From sequence record MW689258.1: 48,565 bases of DNA; one strand, 5' to 3'. How positions within the stretch are numbered: position 1 is the first letter of the stretch; every line of letters begins with the position of its first letter. The notes beneath the pieces were generated by a model that did not search any database, was not told the DNA's origin, and saw only the letters and a program-made list of their open reading frames with translations. The translations under genes and the position numbers were made by a program. The stretch comes from Hafnia phage Pocis76. Below, one piece after another: positions 35,684 to 44,828 of the stretch.

Positions 35684-37681
35684 ATGATTCCTAACATTAA
35701 AAAACAGCTTGCCGCGATTCCAGAGGCAGTTATGAAGGCGTTGCAAGAGCGCTTTAAGGTTGGCGAAATCACGCCTTACCCATACCAGTGCGTAGCATAT
35801 GCAGAGATTGCAAAGCGTCTGCGCAATTATGATCACCCATTCTTTGTAAAAGCGTCTGTATCGGCTGGCAAAACAATCATTTTTGCAATGGTTGCAGCGC
35901 AGTGCCAGAAGATGGGACTAAAAATGATGGTTTTAGCTCGTCAAGCTGAAATTGTGGATCAGGATTCGGAAGAAATTAGCAATTTTGGTGTTCCTAATTC
36001 TGTATTCTGCGCTGGCTTGAACCTGAAAAGCGCCTACTTCCCGATTGTCGTTGGTTCAGAGGGGACGGTATCTAATGGCATGTTTAAGGCTCTTGGTGAC
36101 TACGTACCTCACGTTATAGGGATTGACGAATGCCACCAAGTAGACTGGGAGGATTTGGCAGATGCGATTGAGAATAACGAAAGCTACGAGCAAATGACCA
36201 CTAAAAAGGGCGTTCGTGTCCTGAATGGTGATGGCTCCTTGGCGTTCAATCAAGACGGCGAGCCAATGGAAGGAACGGGGCGCACACAATACACGGTAAT
36301 CATTCGCGAAATGCAGCGCCGTTGCCGAGAAGCCTATGGGCATGAGTTGCGGATCTTTGGAATGACTGGCTCAGAGTTTCGCGGCGTAGTTCCGATCTTG
36401 GTTGAAGATAAGCGCCAAAAAGGTTTCTGGCGCGAGCAGGTAACGAACATCGACACAAACTATTTAATTGAGTTTGGTTCTGTGGTTCCAACAAACTTTG
36501 GCGGTGTTGATGGTTTGGGTTATGACCTATCAGAGTTCACTGCCTCAAGCGAGGATGGGATCGCAGACTTTGATGCAAAAACACTGCGAGCAATGGAAGC
36601 CAAAATTCACGAATCGCAGACCATGACGCAGCAAATCATGACCAAAGTTCATGAGATCTGCAAAACGCGTAATGGTGTTCTGGTTACTTGCGCAGGTGAA
36701 AGACACTGTAAAGAAGCGGCGGCGGCGCTGCCACCAGATGCAACATATCGCATCATTACTGGCAAGACTGGCGAGAAGCAGAGAAAGGAATGGTTGAGGG
36801 AAGCGTTTGAGGGGAAGGTGAAATACATCTTCCAAGTGAACGCGCTGACAACTGGCGTTAACGTTCCTTTCTGGGATACGTCCGTAATTCTGCGCAAAAT
36901 CGGCTCACTAACTTTGCTGATCCAGTTATTGGGGCGTGGAATGCGACTGTTAAAGCAATGGCACATTGAGCAGGGGTTTACCAAGGATGATCACTTGGTG
37001 CTTGATTTCGCTGGATGCATGGATGAGCTAGGGCAGCTGTACTTTGATCCGATTCTGGAGCAAGCTCAGTATCAGCGCCGCTTTGACAACGGCAAAGATC
37101 CGAAAATTTGCCCAATCTGCAACACTGAAAACAGCTTTTATGCTCGTCGATGCATTCACAAGGATGAGAACGGGCACCGCTGCGAATATTTCTGGACGTC
37201 CCGCACTTGCGAGGATCAATTCGACCCGCGCACCAAGAAGCTAATTGTTAAGGGATGCGGAACGCAAAATGATGTGGTTGCGCGTGTTTGCCGACACTGC
37301 GATGCAACATTGCTAGACCCAAACCAGAAGTTAAGCGGCAAACATTACACGAAAAACGATTATTGTGATGTGAAATCATTTCGTGTTGAAATGACAAAAA
37401 ACCAAAAAGGGATCGTGTTCTGCTATGAGCTGGAGGCGCACGGCGAAACTTTCAAGGCTTACGAGAAGTTTTTCCCAGAGTCTGAGAGTCAGATTTGCAA
37501 GACGTTATGGCGTAAAACTGCGCTACAACACATACCGGATCGCAGAATTGCGGGAATGGTTGCCAGCTACCGCAATGCGCGTAAAATCATGATGTATGCA
37601 AATCATATCATGGCACCAGTGCGCGTTACTCATCGCAAGAGCGCGAAAGGTGACGATAATTTATACAAGAAGGAGTTTTAA
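35684..37681 (+). CDS. superfamily 2 DEAD/DEAH-type helicase
   Basis: KASVSAGKTIIFAMVA, GIDECHQ, LLIQLLGRGMRL; Cys-rich C-terminal zinc motifs. Confidence 0.85.
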   Translation: MIPNIKKQLAAIPEAVMKALQERFKVGEITPYPYQCVAYAEIAKRLRNYDHPFFVKASVSAGKTIIFAMVAAQCQKMGLKMMVLARQAEIVDQDSEEISNFGVPNSVFCAGLNLKSAYFPIVVGSEGTVSNGMFKALGDYVPHVIGIDECHQVDWEDLADAIENNESYEQMTTKKGVRVLNGDGSLAFNQDGEPMEGTGRTQYTVIIREMQRRCREAYGHELRIFGMTGSEFRGVVPILVEDKRQKGFWREQVTNIDTNYLIEFGSVVPTNFGGVDGLGYDLSEFTASSEDGIADFDAKTLRAMEAKIHESQTMTQQIMTKVHEICKTRNGVLVTCAGERHCKEAAAALPPDATYRIITGKTGEKQRKEWLREAFEGKVKYIFQVNALTTGVNVPFWDTSVILRKIGSLTLLIQLLGRGMRLLKQWHIEQGFTKDDHLVLDFAGCMDELGQLYFDPILEQAQYQRRFDNGKDPKICPICNTENSFYARRCIHKDENGHRCEYFWTSRTCEDQFDPRTKKLIVKGCGTQNDVVARVCRHCDATLLDPNQKLSGKHYTKNDYCDVKSFRVEMTKNQKGIVFCYELEAHGETFKAYEKFFPESESQICKTLWRKTALQHIPDRRIAGMVASYRNARKIMMYANHIMAPVRVTHRKSAKGDDNLYKKEF

Positions 37682-37683
37682 TA

Positions 37684-38118
37684 ATGGTTACTGATAAAGG
37701 CGATTATCTGGAATATTACGAGCGAGATCCGAGCGATACGGCAAAGGAAGATATTCACCAAGTAAATTGCGTGGCGTGGTTGCGCCACAATTACCCTAGC
37801 TTGCTTTTCTGGCATACAGTCAATGAGGGCAAAAAGACCATGACAAGCGCTTTAAGGGATGAGCAAGCAGGATTGTTAAAAGGCGTTTCTGATTTCGTTA
37901 TCCTGATTGGTGATCCTGCTTACACCGATAAGCCGTACCCATTCGCGGCTATTGAACTAAAGCGCACAAACAAGAGCGGAAAAGGTGCGGCTTCACCAGT
38001 CAGCAAGGAGCAAAAGGAGTTTTTAAAGAATGTTAGAGATCGCGGAGGTTTTGCTGCTGTGTGCTATGGCTTTGAACAATTCAAAGTGGCGATTAAGGAA
38101 ATGATTTCTTATAAATAG
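37684..38118 (+). CDS. VRR-NUC domain nuclease
   Basis: VNCVAWLRHNYPSLLFWHTVNEGKKT, KGVSDFVI, AIELKRTNKSG. Confidence 0.8.
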   Translation: MVTDKGDYLEYYERDPSDTAKEDIHQVNCVAWLRHNYPSLLFWHTVNEGKKTMTSALRDEQAGLLKGVSDFVILIGDPAYTDKPYPFAAIELKRTNKSGKGAASPVSKEQKEFLKNVRDRGGFAAVCYGFEQFKVAIKEMISYK

Positions 38119-38172
38119 CACGAATTGCTAAAACAATGGGAATGGATTCCCGTATATTTACCTCATCGAAAC
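38116..38172 (+). promoter_or_regulatory. operator-promoter element
   Basis: TAGCACGAATTGCTAAAAC; TATATT 38153-38158; N5; CATCGAAAC; hairpin GGGAA/TTCCC. Confidence 0.85.
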
Positions 38173-38200
38173 GAAACAACCAATCACAGAGGAAAACAAA

Positions 38201-38410
38201 ATGAAATTAGCACTGACCGCAATCCTGTTAGTATCACTGAACGCAAACGCCATCGTTAACGTAGCTGCAACCGTAGCGGCAATGGCTGCATCAAATACCG
38301 TCATTATGACAAGCACTATGGCGCAGGTTAAAGCACAACAAGAAGCCAAGAAAGCAGAGCAGGAAAAAGCAGGGCATGAAAAAGCAGAAAAAGCTCAGGA
38401 GCAGAAATAA
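38201..38410 (+). CDS. small secreted/periplasmic protein
   Basis: signal peptide-like MKLALTAILLVSLNANAIV; charged C-terminal helix. Confidence 0.6.
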   Translation: MKLALTAILLVSLNANAIVNVAATVAAMAASNTVIMTSTMAQVKAQQEAKKAEQEKAGHEKAEKAQEQK

Positions 38411-39123
38411 TGAAAGACGTGCATGACAGCGAAACAATGACATTTGACGAGCTATTTCACGCCGATTGCTTGATTAATACGCTGGCTTTCGGCGGTCACT
38501 ACCAGCCAGTAGCTTTTAACAGTTACTTTAAGGTAAGCGGGAACCGATACGCTGGAAGCAAGACGCCTGATGTTGTTCGTGACTTGTGGAGCACTCCGCG
38601 CGAGGTTGTGGCTTGGATGATAAGCGAGTACGGATCGTATGACTTGGACGCCGCCGCAAGCGAAAATAACAAGGTATGTGAGAACTTTTTTAGTGAGTCG
38701 GATAACTGCTTGGTTAAGGAGTGGGGTGAAAATCAGCACATTTGGTTAAACCCTCCATACTCAAAACCAGATCCTTTCGTGAGAAAGGCAATAGAGCAAA
38801 TGGAGCACGGAAACCAGATTGACATGCTATTACCAGCTGACAACTCAACTGCTTGGTTTAGCGATGCGCAAAAGAGCGCAGCGGAAATCATCTGGATTAC
38901 TGGCGATACTTGGACTGAGAGCGGGGTTGAATATTCGCGAACTGGACGACTTGCGTTTACATCTGCTTTGACTGGTGAGCCAGTTAGCGGAAATAACAAG
39001 GGGAGTGCAATATTTGTTATGCGTAAGCTAAAGGATGGCGAATCTCAGAAAACAAGATACGTCCCCATTACAGAAATTTGTCCATCCGTGAAAAACAAGA
39101 GAGCAAGAGCAAGGAGGGTTTGA
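38410..39123 (+). CDS. DNA N-6-adenine methyltransferase
   Basis: WLNPPYSKPDPF (NPPY motif), DLDAAASENN. Confidence 0.85.
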   Translation: MKDVHDSETMTFDELFHADCLINTLAFGGHYQPVAFNSYFKVSGNRYAGSKTPDVVRDLWSTPREVVAWMISEYGSYDLDAAASENNKVCENFFSESDNCLVKEWGENQHIWLNPPYSKPDPFVRKAIEQMEHGNQIDMLLPADNSTAWFSDAQKSAAEIIWITGDTWTESGVEYSRTGRLAFTSALTGEPVSGNNKGSAIFVMRKLKDGESQKTRYVPITEICPSVKNKRARARRV

Positions 39124-39350
39124 TGAATAGCTTTAACAAGTGGGTTTTATTCCGTGGCATGGTCTGCGAGGCTATTGACATGTGCAAGATAGATAAGAGC
39201 CTTTTTGGTGGTGATTTGTGGGAGTTCTCAGGCGATCTGGATATGAGCTTTGATGAATTGAAAGATAAGCCCATAGAAATGTGGTGGCCTGTTATACAAG
39301 CGGATTTATTTGCATACGTGCAGGATGTGAAAAATAGCACGAATTGCTAA
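39123..39350 (+). CDS. hypothetical protein ending in the operator (NSTNC*)
   Basis: TGATG overlap start; MNSFNKWVLFRG. Confidence 0.55.
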   Translation: MNSFNKWVLFRGMVCEAIDMCKIDKSLFGGDLWEFSGDLDMSFDELKDKPIEMWWPVIQADLFAYVQDVKNSTNC

Positions 39351-39391
39351 AACTACAGATCTGGCTTGCGCTATAGTAAGCCCATCGAAAC
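39335..39391 (+). promoter_or_regulatory. operator-promoter element
   Basis: TAGCACGAATTGCTAAAAC; TATAGT 39372-39377; N5; CATCGAAAC; arms GGCTT/AAGCC. Confidence 0.85.
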
Positions 39392-39408
39392 GAAACAAGG
39401 AAATAGCA

Positions 39409-39588
39409 ATGAAAATCTATAGCAAGCGAGCTTTTGAAAACGCACAACATATGGCGCGTGAGGCAGTAAAAGGAGGTTCTGAGCAAGGTTATAATTTTGA
39501 TTGGGAATGCGCCATGATTTCGTTAAAAACGGCATACGGGTTTACCAGTCTTGAGTTTGCAGCTGCATTTTATGGTGATGAAGAATGA
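39409..39588 (+). CDS. 59-aa hypothetical protein (below ORF-track cutoff)
   Basis: MKIYSKRAFENAQHMAREAVKGGS...; overlaps next start. Confidence 0.55.
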   Translation: MKIYSKRAFENAQHMAREAVKGGSEQGYNFDWECAMISLKTAYGFTSLEFAAAFYGDEE

Positions 39589-39833
39589 AAATTGAAACTG
39601 GAAAGCAAGCAGTATGGCAACACGCTAAAGAATGCGGGATGGATGAGAAAATAGCACTAATTGCGAAATACTTTGATATAAAAGACGTTAGTATTATAGG
39701 AAACGGGAAAATGACTTACGTAGACGAAAGACCACGTAAGACACACAGAGTTCCGGCGATACCAATCAGTGAAGGCTTGACCACAGAGGGCATCATTGAG
39801 GAAGCCAGAAAAGAGAAGAAGCATTATAAATAG
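39585..39833 (+). CDS. hypothetical protein
   Basis: ORF track. Confidence 0.6.
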   Translation: MKIETGKQAVWQHAKECGMDEKIALIAKYFDIKDVSIIGNGKMTYVDERPRKTHRVPAIPISEGLTTEGIIEEARKEKKHYK

Positions 39834-39843
39834 GAATTGTTTG

Positions 39844-39921
39844 CATGTTACAGCTAATTGTTTTACCATTCGCCCCGCTTTTAGGTTGGATCGCAGTATA
39901 CGAAATTTTAATGAATATCTA
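39844..39921 (+). CDS. 25-aa hydrophobic peptide
   Basis: MLQLIVLPFAPLLGWIAVYEILMNI. Confidence 0.3.
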
Positions 39922-39934
39922 AGGAGTTAATACA

Positions 39935-41056
39935 ATGGCAATCGCAAAGATCACAGACGAACAATTTAAGGCAGCCCGCGCAGAGGGTAAAACTTACAAA
40001 CAGATCGCAGAGGAGTTTGGTTTGAACATTCGTAGCGTTGAGCGTCGCGGCGCTCGTCTAGCTAAAATGGGCGAGGTAGATACAAAGGGCTCAGTTGGTT
40101 ACGCGGTAATTGGTGAATCAGTGCTGACCGATAAAAACGGTAACGAGATTATGCGCTGGACTAAAACACATAAAGACAAAGACCAGATGGAAGCCGTGAT
40201 GAAAGCAGCTATGGATGCATTCGCAGAGGAAATCCCTCGCGTGGCTCCACAGAAAGAGGTCAAGCAGAATTACAGCGAAACCCTTGCTTTGTACCCAATT
40301 TTTGATATGCACTTGGGCGCAATGGCTCACAAACATGAGTGCGGCGAGAACTACGACACAGCAACCGCCGAGCGCGTAATGAATAACTTTTTTGATTACG
40401 CAGTGGATAAGGCACCAAATAGCGAGAAGGCAGTGCTCCTGATTGGTGGTGATATGATTCACAGTGATGGCCTAGAGGCTGTAACACCTGCAAGCGGTCA
40501 TGTTCTGGATCAGGATTCACGTTATGCCAAGCTAGTTTATGTGGCTATTCGAGCAACACGCCGAGCAATTAGCCGGATGTTGGAAAAACACAAAGAGGTT
40601 GAGGTTCAAATCATTGAAGGCAACCACGACCAGAGCGGCATGATTTGGCTGCGAGCAGCAATGGCGGCAGCATATGAGGACGAGCCACGCGTTACCGTAG
40701 ATGTTTCACCTCGCGTTGTGCATCATACGCAGTATGGTAAAACATTCTTGGCCTATCATCACGGTCACACGGTACGCAAGCCAGAGACTTTAATGATGAT
40801 GTGTGCAGCAGATTGGCGTGAAGATTTCGGGATCTCTAAATCAATGTATGCTCACGTAGGACATTGGCACCATCAAAGCGTAACAGAAACAAGCTTGGGG
40901 ATTGTTGAGGTTCACAGCACTATGGCAGCCAAGGATGCATATGCGGCTCGAGGTGGTTGGCGCTCACGCCGTCGCGCAGCGGTGATTATCTACGACAAGG
41001 AATATGGTGAGGTTGGGCGCTTTATGTTCTACCCAGAAATGATGGAGGCCAATTGA
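39935..41056 (+). CDS. calcineurin-like metallophosphoesterase with N-terminal HTH
   Basis: FDMHLGAMAH, IGGDMIHSD, EGNHDQSG; N-term KQIAEEFGLNIRSVERRG. Confidence 0.85.
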   Translation: MAIAKITDEQFKAARAEGKTYKQIAEEFGLNIRSVERRGARLAKMGEVDTKGSVGYAVIGESVLTDKNGNEIMRWTKTHKDKDQMEAVMKAAMDAFAEEIPRVAPQKEVKQNYSETLALYPIFDMHLGAMAHKHECGENYDTATAERVMNNFFDYAVDKAPNSEKAVLLIGGDMIHSDGLEAVTPASGHVLDQDSRYAKLVYVAIRATRRAISRMLEKHKEVEVQIIEGNHDQSGMIWLRAAMAAAYEDEPRVTVDVSPRVVHHTQYGKTFLAYHHGHTVRKPETLMMMCAADWREDFGISKSMYAHVGHWHHQSVTETSLGIVEVHSTMAAKDAYAARGGWRSRRRAAVIIYDKEYGEVGRFMFYPEMMEAN

Positions 41057-41226
41057 TGAAAGTTGTGTGCGCTCGAAATACATCTACCGTACTGCCATTC
41101 ACAGAAGGCCATACTTATGATGCGGTATATCTTCACGGTGGATTGTATGAAATTAGTGGCGATAATGGCAGAGCTATTATTGCACCGCTAGAAGGTCATT
41201 ATCTAACCTTTTCTAAATCAGATTAA
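41056..41226 (+). CDS. 56-aa hypothetical protein, SH3-like pattern (below ORF-track cutoff)
   Basis: MKVVCARNTSTVLPFTEGHTYDAVYLHGGLYEISGDNGRAIIAPLEG; TGATG overlap. Confidence 0.5.
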   Translation: MKVVCARNTSTVLPFTEGHTYDAVYLHGGLYEISGDNGRAIIAPLEGHYLTFSKSD

Positions 41227-41248
41227 ATAGCTTAATCATAACCTTGTA

Positions 41249-41279
41249 GGGAGTTAGCGTTTGCTAACTCCCTTTTTTT
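41249..41279 (+). terminator. strong terminator before lysis cassette
   Basis: GGGAGTTAGC gttt GCTAACTCCC TTTTTTT. Confidence 0.92.
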
Positions 41280-41353
41280 GCTTTGCATACTGAAAAAATT
41301 TGATACCATATGCGAACCAAACTATTGACATTTTTATAAAAAGGAGTTCTAAA

Positions 41354-41569
41354 ATGAGAGATTTTCTTAACGCAGCAACTAGCGGATCTGGTGGTTCTGC
41401 CATTGCTGGATCTGCTACTGGGCAAATGACAATCGCGATTGTTAGCGCATTATTCATGATTGGCTTTGGCGCTTGGGGCGCTTATCTACGTTGGAAAGAC
41501 AGCAAGGCATTTCAGGAGGCTCTTGATCGCGGTGATTTTAAGGAGGCAATTAGAATAAGGGGGAGGTAA
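41354..41569 (+). CDS. holin, possibly pinholin-like
   Basis: AGSATGQMTIAIVSALFMIGFGAWGAYLRWKD; immediately upstream of endolysin. Confidence 0.7.
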   Translation: MRDFLNAATSGSGGSAIAGSATGQMTIAIVSALFMIGFGAWGAYLRWKDSKAFQEALDRGDFKEAIRIRGR

Positions 41570-41574
41570 CAACT

Positions 41575-42063
41575 ATGGGCATTAAGCAAAGGCTAGTAGC
41601 TGGCGCGTTCGGTTTTGCGCTTGCGCTTACGCCGCCTTTGATTCAGGAAATTGAGGGTGTAGAGTACAAGCCATATAAGGATATAGCTGGCGTTTGGACT
41701 GTGTGCGCTGGCATCACTGGGAGCGACGTTGTTTTAGGTAAAACTTACACGCAAAGAGAATGCGACATCTTATTGCAAAAACACATAAAGGTTGCATCTG
41801 ACGCTGTAGACAAATCAGTCAAAACCGAGATCCCAGACTCTATGAGAGCTGCGCTTTACAGCTTCACGTATAACGTTGGAACTGGAGCATTTAAGAAATC
41901 AACACTATTGAAGCATGTTAACGCAGGGCGTCACAAAGAGGCTTGCAGCGAGCTTTATAAGTGGGTTTATTTTAAAGATCCGAAAACAGGAAAGCGCAAA
42001 GTTTCCAAAGGTCTAAAAAATAGGCGTGATGTTGAATATAAATACTGTATGAGGGATTTATGA
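41575..42063 (+). CDS. SAR-type GH24 endolysin
   Basis: weakly hydrophobic N-terminus; EIEGVEYKPYKDIAGVWTVCAGITG. Confidence 0.9.
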   Translation: MGIKQRLVAGAFGFALALTPPLIQEIEGVEYKPYKDIAGVWTVCAGITGSDVVLGKTYTQRECDILLQKHIKVASDAVDKSVKTEIPDSMRAALYSFTYNVGTGAFKKSTLLKHVNAGRHKEACSELYKWVYFKDPKTGKRKVSKGLKNRRDVEYKYCMRDL

Positions 42064-42440
42064 GAACGTTGATTGTTATTGTGTTCTCACTGCTTTTAAG
42101 CGGTTGCTCTGGCTTATCAGCTCTGAATGGTCTAGTTGGTAGCGAGCCGGAAGTAACCGCTCAGGCAGGAAAAGAGAACGTTAAGCAAACCGTGGGCTTA
42201 ACTGCAAAAAGCGATACCAGCAGCAGCACGAAAACCACTGTTAAGGACTCCAATGTCAAACGACTGGATACCTCAACTAAAAAGCAAGTATCAACTACGA
42301 GCATTACAGCCGACAACATAACGGCTGAAAAAATAGAAATCCAGAGCAAAAAGGATGATTATTTGGGCTTGATATTCGTGTTTGTTGGTGGCTGTTTAAT
42401 TGGTTACGGTTTTGGACTGGCAAATAAAAAGGAGGCGTAA
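42060..42440 (+). CDS. putative unimolecular spanin
   Basis: lipobox LLLSGC near N-terminus plus C-terminal TM YLGLIFVFVGGCLIGYGFGLANKK. Confidence 0.65.
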   Translation: MRTLIVIVFSLLLSGCSGLSALNGLVGSEPEVTAQAGKENVKQTVGLTAKSDTSSSTKTTVKDSNVKRLDTSTKKQVSTTSITADNITAEKIEIQSKKDDYLGLIFVFVGGCLIGYGFGLANKKEA

Positions 42441-42454
42441 GCCTCCTTTATTTT
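42431..42454. terminator. terminator between convergent modules
   Basis: GGAGGC gtaa GCCTCC TTTATTTTT. Confidence 0.8.
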
Positions 42455-42663
42455 TAACTATCTTCTGATTCTGGATTTATTACTTTAACGCCTTTTACAA
42501 CCTCAAACATACAGCTACGGCGCAGCATTATTTCAACAAATTCAGCAACATGGAAATCTGGGACTGAATTGGGAACCTCCATTTTCCCGTGATTAACCTT
42601 GCCTTTTGTGTCGCAAATAAATTGAAACTCTACAGAATTCATCACAATAAAACCCTCACTCAA
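42454..42663 (-). CDS. hypothetical protein
   Basis: ORF track. Confidence 0.6.
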   Translation of the reverse strand: MSEGFIVMNSVEFQFICDTKGKVNHGKMEVPNSVPDFHVAEFVEIMLRRSCMFEVVKGVKVINPESEDS

Positions 42664-42856
42664 ACAGTCTTACATTAACAAGGCAAACGCCGTTATCATC
42701 AATCAAGTTGTGCTCGCTATCGCCAAAAGCTTTCATATCGGCGCGTAGCAATATTAAGAGAGCGTAAACCATATCTTTATGCTCAATGTCATGCGTTGCC
42801 ACATATTTCAAGATCTCATCAACTAATGGTTGACTATTTGAATAATTCATCATCAC
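42656..42856 (-). CDS. hypothetical protein
   Basis: ORF track. Confidence 0.55.
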   Translation of the reverse strand: MMMNYSNSQPLVDEILKYVATHDIEHKDMVYALLILLRADMKAFGDSEHNLIDDNGVCLVNVRLFE

Positions 42857-43169
42857 TCATTTCCCCAATGTGAACTATCATTTTTACATACTGATCGCTC
42901 TCACCAGTAAAGCTCTTAAAGTCAAATCCAAATGGCCTTTTGTGCGAGCCGTAGCACGTCGCCTTGCCGTTTTCTAGGTTAAGATAACCATACCCACACA
43001 TACGGCCTATAAACTCCTTAGAAATCGTTGCAGCAAACAGTTTTGGCTCCATGTTTGCGGCTCTCGCAAGCCGCTCACATTCTCTGTGTTTATATATAAA
43101 ACTAGCCAAGTGCTTTACGCCAAACCAATCGTATGACTCGCAAAACTTGTAAACATCAAGTAAAAACAT
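42834..43169 (-). CDS. hypothetical protein
   Basis: ORF track. Confidence 0.6.
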   Translation of the reverse strand: MFLLDVYKFCESYDWFGVKHLASFIYKHRECERLARAANMEPKLFAATISKEFIGRMCGYGYLNLENGKATCYGSHKRPFGFDFKSFTGESDQYVKMIVHIGEMSDDELFK

Positions 43170-43171
43170 TA

Positions 43172-44758
43172 TTACCCCAGCAAATCAGGATTAACAAACA
43201 CGCGCCCATTGATATAGCAAATATAGTTGCGCTCCTCAAGCATAGGAAGAAGGTTTTCCTCTATGCGCTTCATAACGCCAGCCTGACCAATGAACGGCTT
43301 GACCTTTCTTGCGTTCTCGTAAATTGAGCGTGACGTGATCATGCCTTTGTTGGCCTTACCTAAGCGAATAATAATCTCAATCAGCTTGCGCATTTCTGCG
43401 TCATCACCAGCATAACCAGAAGCATTGGCGGCGCTAATGTACGTTTTGCTCAACTCACCAAACATTGCTAGCGCCTCCTGAATAGTTTCAAGTTCGATTT
43501 CGCGCGACTTCTGAGGATTCCCGCTCTCGTTAAACCAATTGCGGATAACGTGAATCACCGCAGCGATACGAATAACTTGCTTATCCATTTTACCAAGCGC
43601 ACCACGTAGCATTGTGTGAGAGTATTTCCCGCCGTCTGCTAAGTGCGGCTCCATTTCTTGGCGAGCTCGGTTTAAGAACATCATACCAGCGCGGCTAACT
43701 TTCAATGAAACATCCTGATCATTCATGATGTTGTGAATCAGTTGGTAGTATTGAGCCTTTAAACCCTGATCCACTGGCGTATATGTTGAGCTTCCATCTT
43801 CATTGACAAACACACGGCGTCCTAAAAAGCTTTCTTCACGAACCAGCAAGAAACGCTCAGAAACACCGATACCGCGTGAACCAGCCTCCATGATACCGTT
43901 AATAGTTTCATCCTGAGCAATTACGCTAATTGCGCCAAGAGCTTTAAAACTGAGGTTATTCTCAACATTGGAACGAACAACTGCCATATGGTTTGCGTCC
44001 CAAGCTTTCAGAACCAGCTCGTTATTCGTCTTCTTGTCATTGTTGCCGCCGCCGTATGTTAGACCGAGCAGCGTGTTAATACTTGTTGCCTCGTCGGAAA
44101 TTACAGCAAAGTAACCCTGCTTATTGTTCACTTTTGCCAAGCCTTCTGGCGTGGTGTCGGAAACTGGGAAAGTAATGTCACAGCATTTTTCTAACTTCTC
44201 CTCAATTTCTTCCTTTTCCTCGCATAGAGAGGCGATTTCAGTCTGTGAACGGTCTAACTTTAACTCCTTGTTGATTGCGTTCAGCTTTGCCTTTAACTTT
44301 CTGCGCTCCTTCTTGCGTTGCTCATTCATGCGCTCAACTTCTGCAATCATTGGGGCAGTTGCTAGAGAGTTAATCGCAGATTTACCAGTTGATGGCGGCT
44401 GGCTTGTTACGATGTAAAGAGCAGTTGGTTGTTCGGTTCCATGATAATCAACTGTAAAGCGACCAAGCATTGCAGCAGACACGCAGCCAAGAAAGTGAGC
44501 ATAGGCTGATGATTCTGGGAACTGAACTGAGTTAGCAATGCTACGAGACAGCTTTCCTACAACATCAACATCATTGCCCAAAGAGATAACTGGGTAGCGG
44601 TCATTGCCTGAATTAACGTCTTGGACTGAGCCCCAAAAGCTAGAAGATTGGCGATAACCGTTTGAATTAATGGCAACACGCAGAGGTGAGATTCCCTGAG
44701 CCTTAGCCATTTCAATGATTTGTTGAGGTGATAGTTTGTTTGTGTCGAAATTAAACAT
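43172..44758 (-). CDS. DUF3987-like primase/helicase-associated protein
   Basis: P-loop-like SQPPSTGKSA; VISDEATSINTLLG; 528 aa. Confidence 0.7.
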   Translation of the reverse strand: MFNFDTNKLSPQQIIEMAKAQGISPLRVAINSNGYRQSSSFWGSVQDVNSGNDRYPVISLGNDVDVVGKLSRSIANSVQFPESSAYAHFLGCVSAAMLGRFTVDYHGTEQPTALYIVTSQPPSTGKSAINSLATAPMIAEVERMNEQRKKERRKLKAKLNAINKELKLDRSQTEIASLCEEKEEIEEKLEKCCDITFPVSDTTPEGLAKVNNKQGYFAVISDEATSINTLLGLTYGGGNNDKKTNNELVLKAWDANHMAVVRSNVENNLSFKALGAISVIAQDETINGIMEAGSRGIGVSERFLLVREESFLGRRVFVNEDGSSTYTPVDQGLKAQYYQLIHNIMNDQDVSLKVSRAGMMFLNRARQEMEPHLADGGKYSHTMLRGALGKMDKQVIRIAAVIHVIRNWFNESGNPQKSREIELETIQEALAMFGELSKTYISAANASGYAGDDAEMRKLIEIIIRLGKANKGMITSRSIYENARKVKPFIGQAGVMKRIEENLLPMLEERNYICYINGRVFVNPDLLG

Positions 44759-44771
44759 TCTGCTTTCTCCT

Positions 44772-44828
44772 TTGTTGATGCCGCCATTATAGCGGCACCA
44801 TGCTAACTCGTTTTAACAAAAAGTGCTA
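44772..44828 (-). promoter_or_regulatory. operator-promoter element
   Basis: minus strand TAGCACTTTTTGTTAAAAC; TATAAT 44791-44786; N5; CATCAACAA; arms TGCCGC/GCGGCA flank the -10. Confidence 0.85.

Noticed and set aside
41325-41355. TTGACA with TAAAAT as a holin promoter
   Set aside because: The -10 would overlap the RBS and start codon, so it cannot produce a usable leader.
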